DNA of 62,976 nucleotides, filler included, from It is 4 parts of 4 records of this genome, joined end to end, with 100 filler letters (N's around TTAATTAATTAA, not from the genome) between each part and the next. Parts side by side here need not be neighbours in the genome. Positions count along the whole stretch, not along the records: positions 35,555 to 62,976 come from SRR20825019_1772; 3 more parts are not named here. One strand, 5' to 3'. Shown piece by piece: positions 56,085 to 62,976 of this stretch (position 1 is its first letter; each line of letters starts with the position of its first letter). The notes under the pieces were generated by a model. It saw only the letters and a program-made list of their open reading frames with translations, ran no database searches and was not told where the DNA came from. The position numbers and the translations under genes were made by a program.

Positions 56085-58105
56085 TCACGTTGATGGCTGT
56101 TGATGTACACTGGACTGGACACTGCTACCCGATGAGAGAAGATCGCCGTACACCTCAGTAGGCGCTAAGGGGGTATCTAGATCGACGTTGGGTAATTCTA
56201 CTAGCTGCTGGTATAACGAAGAATCAAAAGACGTTGATGAGTTCGGGCCTCTGCGTGCTCTCGAAGCACGTTTGTAATAGTGTACATATTTGTCGAAGAT
56301 CATTTTCCCATTCACGGAAAGCAAACTTGGTTGCGTTTGCATGACTCCTGTTTGATCACAAATAAAAACAAACTCAGCAGGGGCCATCTCCACCAAAGCA
56401 TGGGCTCCAAGGATAAGGGGTTCCTTATAAGGACTGAATCGAAAAATTTGAACAGCAGTTCGCAAAAGTTGATGGTATACTTACTTGTTGAAAGGATTGT
56501 CGTTGTTAAATGGCAATAAAACTTCCTGCAGCGCTGATGATAGGATATCCTTCACCCCTTGACTCCGGAATCCTACCCAATACTTAGAAAAACCTAGGTT
56601 GAGCGCCATGTTATTCAACATGAACATGAACGCGTCTCTGTCCTCGAAAGTTCCTTTTTCGACATATGCTGAAGTACCATTGAGATTTCTTCCTCGCAAA
56701 GAAGTGCTCATACTTACTGCACGCGATTTCGTATGATAACTCGAAGAGAGAACAATGCACCAGCCATAATTCCTGTACGCGCGGAGGGAGACTCGAAAAA
56801 CTCAAGTGTTCAAGTCTACACCCCTTCGAAGTCGGGTTGTAATGGCCCATCAGGTGACCCGCAATAAGAATTGCTACAGCTCCGTCAAGCAAGAGAGCCT
56901 GGATTCTTTCTTCAGAACTCCTCAATTCAGGATCTGAAGCATCAGTGAGACACAACGCTGCTAGAAAACCGAAAGGTAACAAGATACCTATTATTTCTCT
57001 TCTTCGTGCCTCCAAGTTATACTCCAGAGCCAATTCGCCCCGTCCAATGAAAAAGAAGGACAATGCCACGTGCATAGATACCGCAGGAATTTGCGCTTTT
57101 GTAACTCCTCGCATGTACTGGAGAGCATCTGCGTAAATCGTCTGGACGACTTTAACATTCCTTGGCGCCACGAAGTCTTCGTGTAGTCCTTTGAAAAGAA
57201 AAAATGTTGATACGGCTATCTGTTTCGAGTGTGGATCATTGTACTTGATAATACAATCATAGACTTGCCTCGCCATTGACACAGTCAAGTTGACCACATG
57301 CTTAGCATGAGACGCCTGCAACAAAAGCGTATTAGTGACGCACCGAATATAGTAAAGGAAAATCGGCACTAACCATGTCAACCTGGGAGGAAGCACACGA
57401 GAAAGAAAAGGCCGCAAGAGCATGATAAGTATTGTACAAGGAAAGACGACCCTCAAGAGTGTCTGTGCAGATCGCAAGATCGTTTTCACTGGTGGACATG
57501 TATGCATGCCACAAGTCAAACAAATTATATAGTTCATTTGGTGCTACACTTGGGCGACCATAGAGGTAACATATAGACCTGTAGCGAGACATCGCGAACT
57601 CGAACCATGTTCTGTTCAACCCATTGAAAATCACTCGATATCCAACATCCCCAGGCCGTATCAAAGAGCCTGTTGATTCGTTCGCTTGGGCTTTCGGCGA
57701 TACTATTCTGGAATTTCCAGATAATAGTTCAGAGCAAGACCCCCTCACTATTTCTTCAATGTCTTCGTCAATCTCGTCCTCCTTTTCTCTCTCGTTCTCT
57801 TCTTGTCTTTCAGTGTTCGCCTCAATGTCAAGATCCTCCGTCACTATTTCAATGCCATCTTGTTCCCACGGCAGCCCCAATTCTGCCTCATCCGAACACC
57901 CTTTATCATTTTGAGTCCCTTCGGACTGACCTGGGCTCGACTTCCTTTTCAGACGTTTATCCCAGGAACATCTTTCTGGAATGCCTAACTCTTTGCAAGT
58001 CCCACACACTGGCTGGACTTTATCACATCTGTCGACACCATCAGCGCACTCTTTGCAAGCCCCTAGAATACCTACTTTCTCTTGCGAACGTAACATAGAA
58101 CGCAC
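56085..58105 (-). CDS. Zn(II)2Cys6 binuclear-cluster protein, multi-exon, 5' end uncertain
   Basis: C-x2-C-x6-C-x6-C-x2-C-x8-C (CKECADGVDRCDKVQPVCGTCKELGIPERC). Introns 57373-57316, 56717-56669 and 56484-56434 join four ORF-track fragments. Confidence 0.75.
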
Positions 58106-59350
58106 GTCTTCACTGCGCGCTCACGTCCGCTTACACCACTATGGCACCGTTTCTTCCATTTGATCTCTTTGGGAACTTCTTCGTATTTCATACGAGTGAG
58201 AAAGGGTGCGGCTTACACCTGTGGGAATGCAGGTATGTCAAGTTTATATTGTTGTAGACTGTCAGCAGTAGGAGAGTGCGCTTTCGCCACACCACATTCC
58301 ACGAACTGAAAACGCACCGGCAAAACGGGTCGGTCAGAGTATGCGAGAGGGCCCGGGCCCGCGAAACTCACCGTGCAGGGAGAGAAAGTTCCCCTCATCC
58401 TCGTGTGGAAATGCTGCGGTTGGTCGGCCCTGGGGTCCCGATTAGCCCGGCGGACCAGGGTGGGTTTCAGTCACTCGCCTGGTCCCGCCAGTGCCAGGAA
58501 CCAGGTTCCCTGCCCGCGACGTCACACTGGCGGGCAACGGCAACGGCGCCCGGCCCAGACACGCTCCTGAATCTGGCTTCACTCCTGGCGAGGTCACGGT
58601 GTGGCGGTGACTCCTGGGTCAGTCTCCCGGGGCGTCCGGGCGATCCTGGCCCCACGAGTGACACAGTGAACCAAAACGACCTGGTCTGGTTCGGCCTGGT
58701 GGCCCACGTGGCCTCAACGACCGGCTGTCCGCGGGCCGCGGTGCCGGCGGGCGTCGTGGCGAATCCGGGTGGGCGCGGGCGAGCCCCCACTCTCCGGGCG
58801 CTGGCGGGCCCGGACGATCCGGGCTGGTAGTGCCGCCGGCGCGCCTGAGCGGTAGCCCGCCCCGGGCGGGATTTCGTTCAGCAGCGGACTGATGAGAGCC
58901 CCACTCGGCGGGCGGCCACGGACCAGGCCGGGCGGCACGGCTGGCCCGCGGCCGCGCCGGCCCTGGGCGTGGCGTCGCGTGGGGATCACTGCCCGGCCTC
59001 CTCGGCCGGCGCGCTCGCCGAACCCTGACTGAACTGAACTGCACCGGGACCTGATGAGTGCGACTTGGCCCAGCACGGGACGGTCGCCGGTCGGGCGGAG
59101 TCAAGTGACCACGACCGGACCGGACATACTGATCTTCGCCAATGTGTGATTGCTGCCAGTCTGGTAGTGTTGTTGGCCTGATCGGCCCGACTCGGGAGCA
59201 ATCCGTGGCGAGATCATCGACGTGATTGGATGCTGGCTGAAGCAAGTCGATCAGTCAGCCAGAGTTAGGAGAGTCTCGCCGGCAGAACAGGGATTTCCTC
59301 ATGACGATTCTGGAGGGATTTTACTCGTTGGTTTGAAGTTGGTGCTGATT

Positions 59351-62300
59351 TCACCTTTCTGATGAGATGGAATCACGACCTCCGACCAATTTCATAGCTC
59401 TATCCAATAGAACTGATGATCGCATGGACCGATGCTTGATGGATAAATCGTCCACGACCATTTTCAAGCTCCGTTGTTCGGCGAGTAAAACTTCTTCAAG
59501 AGAGCCCACCTGCAGCGTACTTGAGTGGCAAGCTGTGGTACTTGCACCATCCGACCGCAGCTTGTGCAATAGTCCCACATAAATCATCCTCACTCTCAAC
59601 TCGCACAAACAAATATTGGACTCCACACATCGACCTATGGCAGAAGCCAGTTTTTCGTTGCTTTTAGGATCTTCAGGACTCAGCACAGCTTCATATGCTG
59701 CCACCTCAGGCTCATACATGACACCTCGCCCAATCTCTTGGAGCTCTTTCAACTTGGTCACGACGTAGTCCAGCTTCCACTTTTCCGGTCCCAAGTAGAG
59801 TTCAGCATCTGCCCACCCCAAAAACAACGGTGTCATCATCGCAAGCGCCTGGCAATCATACTTTTCGACAGCTTCCCTGACTCCCATCGCAGTTTCTTCT
59901 GAGGGTGTCCGTGCGAACTTGGCATGCGCAGCTGTAATGCCAACATTCCACACCAACCAAGGATGCTTACTATATATTTTTTCTAAGGAGCACTTCGCAA
60001 TTATGTAGTACAACGCACTCGAGTCCAGCATACCAGTTCTCATTGCTGCTATACCCACGGTTTGGATGAAGATGTTGAAACAATGACCTGATGTACCAGA
60101 TATGTGCTCGGGAGAGTCGTCTCTATAAAACCATTGCAGCCATCGTAGTGCAGACTCCTGGTTCACATGATCGTAGTACTCAAACCAGCCCAGTTCACAT
60201 GTCGTAACCATTCCCAAATTAGATACAAGACACACCGGGCTGATCAAACGCAGCACCGCCCCGAACCTGTCTGGCTCATCTACAACCATTTGACACACTT
60301 CTAGATATCGTTTGCGCAACCAACAATCCGGACCAAGCTCCTTAAAGGGAATTATTAGATCCGTTGCCGGACCGTGGGGCGTGCACCACGCCCATGTGAA
60401 AAGGGAAATGGCCGCAACAAGATCGTTATCGTGATACATACTTTCCTTCATCTTCGCTCCAACTTCAGTAAAAAGATCTGTCCATGCCCTATTGACCCAC
60501 CCTCTAGGCAACACAGAGAGAGCCCAATTGACATCTTCATCATAGAATTGGGTAGGGTTTTCCTTAATTTCATCGGCCGCGTTGGCGCCTAGGTGGCTTG
60601 CCATCTTCTTCAAAACTTCTGTACGTTCAGCTACTAACTTTGAGGTAGTCATATACTCTACTGAATACCCTTGTCCTCCCGCCAAAGTTGTCAGCAATTT
60701 TTCGCAACAAGATTGTTCCAATTTCATCCATTCCATCCAAATCTCCCTATCGTCATCTTGAGGGGTATCCCCATATACACGGTGGAATACATATATCGCC
60801 TCTTGATAAACCAAACGGGCCTCGGTACATTTCAAAATATCATCGCATAAGGAAGACATTTCGATAAGTCCATGCAAAATATTCCGGCAATAGTCACGAA
60901 GAAGTTGGGTGCTCCAATGAACAGCTTTCCTAACATCTTTGAGCATCGCCAACCTTCGTTCAGAATTACTCTCATTCTTACTTTCACGAAGAACACGGGC
61001 AATTCTAGTCGCCTGAACCACGTCGGTGTCATGAACTACACTGCCAAGGGCAGATATGTCGAATATTCGAGCCTTTGGGCTGGATGAAGAGTCATGAGAA
61101 CTGGTATGATATATTCCCAGCATGTCGGAAAGCCTGGTATATACCATGGGCTGATCTGCGTCTTTCCAAAGATTATTGGGTAATCCTTCTTTCCCGTAAA
61201 ATTTCACCACCATGACTTGATCTACCATTGCCCAAGATAGCTCATCCTGATGAATGAAAAGAGAAGCTAGGAAGGTCTGAGCCAAATTGACGAAGGTATG
61301 ATTCAAAGCGAGCCCCCGCAGATTCTTCAAATGAGTATTGAGCAAATGCCGACACACAACCTTGATACTCCTTGATACCATTTCAGCCAACAGCACCTTT
61401 TTCCAATCTGCTGATTTGACTTTAAGGTATATCAGAGAAATCAAGCGAATATTGAAACCATGAGTGTGGAGGACATCGGCCACACTTGCCGAAGATTCTG
61501 TTGGAGAGATACCCTCCATGAATTCCAGGACTTTCTTCAATCCACTGGTCACTAGTTCATCAAAGACCGCACGAACATCCCTGCAGTGCGCCTTCCTCTG
61601 ATCATGTGGAGAATCGTCCCATGCAGTATGTGCATCCGAGCAAAGAGGATTTGGGCTCGAAAGAACCAATTCCGGTCTTAACAAATGGATAAGGAATGAC
61701 CCACTCTGTCCGTGCGAATTAAAATATCGTGGAGGCTCGCAAGGGAATAACCTCGCGACATCCAGTAAATAAAACGATGAAGCACTCAACTCTGACCGAT
61801 GAACTTCGGCATCGCCACATAACGCAAGGGTTTCGTTGCCAACACGATGGGGGGCCAGGTTCAGCCACTTTCCAAGCTCACGCATTTCCCCGTCCACCAA
61901 TTCATTATCGTTGTGTATCGTATAACCACCATCTGATGAACCATACACTAGGGTTCGATTTCCACTGATGGGAACTTGCGAAGTGGCAAGAATAGATATT
62001 CCATTGCAGTCAATGACACATGCTAGGGGCACGTGGACATGCTTCAAACACGGGGCCCTATTTAGCACATTGATGGCCCTGAGATCGTGTCGCGCAGCCT
62101 TAGATGCCTGCTCGTCACTCCCATACAGACCACGACTGTCTACAGAAAACTACAGCGCGTGTAAACAAAACGAGCCAAACAAAACACACCATGCATACCT
62201 TCAAGAATATACCGGCACACAAGTACTTGCTGAAAAAAGAAACATGAGGTTCTGGCTCAAAGAAAAGTATTCCGTAGACTTACTCTCCACCAGCCACTCC

Positions 62301-62954
62301 GCCAATTCCAGATATCGGTTTGATCGACTTGTGTTGATTGGGCACTGAATACTCATTCGCAATAACACGGGCGTACATTCTTGCGGCGTGAGCAAAGGCT
62401 AAACAACAATAAAGGTCAAAAGGCATCCTTTCATCGCCATAAATATCGAGGCATACATGCTGCTAGTTCTCCGAACTGCTCCAGTGCTCTCTCATCGTGG
62501 CGACCAACCAAATCGTGAAACGAGCGTGTCCAATAGTACTGGTCAAAACTCTTATCGGCCTCTGGCATCTCCGCTGTCATTCGTGCATATAGACGATTCA
62601 TATCTGATAAAAATTAGTCCGAATATTCATTTTAAACCAAAATCCAATAAATACCTGGTACGGAAGAGATGTCGCCCTTCTCACCGGCATATCTATAGCG
62701 ATATGCAGATGAGACTGAAGACCCTGACGCATAAAGGTAGCGAGCTGATGTCAGACTTTTCATCTGTTGCATATCCGGTTCGTTAAGATCTTCCCACACC
62801 CCCTCACTCATTTCCTCGGGACCAGAAGCTAAAAGCATTGAGGCAGCAAACACAAACTCTTCATCACCAAGCGCTCTTAAAGAGCTAAATAATGCGCTCT
62901 CAACTTCGTCTCTAGGGTGCTTTCTCAACCTGGCGCACAAGGTCAAAGACCCGC
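59351..62954 (-). CDS. Clu-domain protein with long helical C-terminus, multi-exon, 5'-truncated
   Basis: Spliced KYLCAGIFLK|FSVD..GLYGSDEQASKAARHDL, VPL...D, TLVYGSSDGG.T, LNLAPH, YLLDVARLFP, LLRPEL, LHTHGFNIR and EMVSRSIK. Upstream exon boundaries unresolved. Confidence 0.75.
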
Positions 62955-62976
62955 CGGGGGGGGGGGGGGGGGGGGG

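Noticed and set aside
56085-58105. Apparent frameshifts suggesting pseudogenes or programmed frameshifting in contigs 3-4
   Set aside because: Each frame change examined is resolved by a canonical short GT-AG intron, often with a CTRAY-like branch site.

Overview
The window is a concatenation of four contigs joined by artificial N-TTAATTAATTAA-N spacers (10113-10212, 25429-25528, 35455-35554). Contig 1 (1-10112) is a GC-rich bacterium, probably Verrucomicrobiota/Opitutae. It carries asnS, a PEP-CTERM protein, a protein with three tandem repeats, an esterase, an RsuA-family synthase, yhbY and a PEGA/CsgG-like/COG3014/ycfL/lpoB envelope operon. Contig 2 (10213-25428) is a Flavobacteriaceae-like bacterium. 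It carries an MFS transporter, queG, a cupin/TetR pair with twin operators, a TsdA-like diheme cytochrome, ruvB, an acyl-CoA oxidase-like gene, DUF2807 and the alternative complex III (actCDEF)-cytochrome c oxidase operon. Contigs 3 and 4 (25529-62976) are a compact microbial eukaryote genome with mostly 43-72 nt GT-AG introns and GC/CCGG-rich islands 5' of genes. Manual splicing reveals genes the ORF track fragments. The two most notable are an NLR-like Nudix-like + kinase + NACHT + LRR protein, and a signal-peptide protein carrying an S...HxxxE motif like the bacterial LnaB-type AMPylase family. Others are a Vtc4-like polyphosphate polymerase, a Kelch/EGF membrane protein, RsfS/Iojap, a RING protein, a P4-ATPase, a bacterial-type ATP-grasp enzyme, a Zn2Cys6 factor and a Clu-domain protein. 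All family assignments are from motif recognition by eye; no database search was run.
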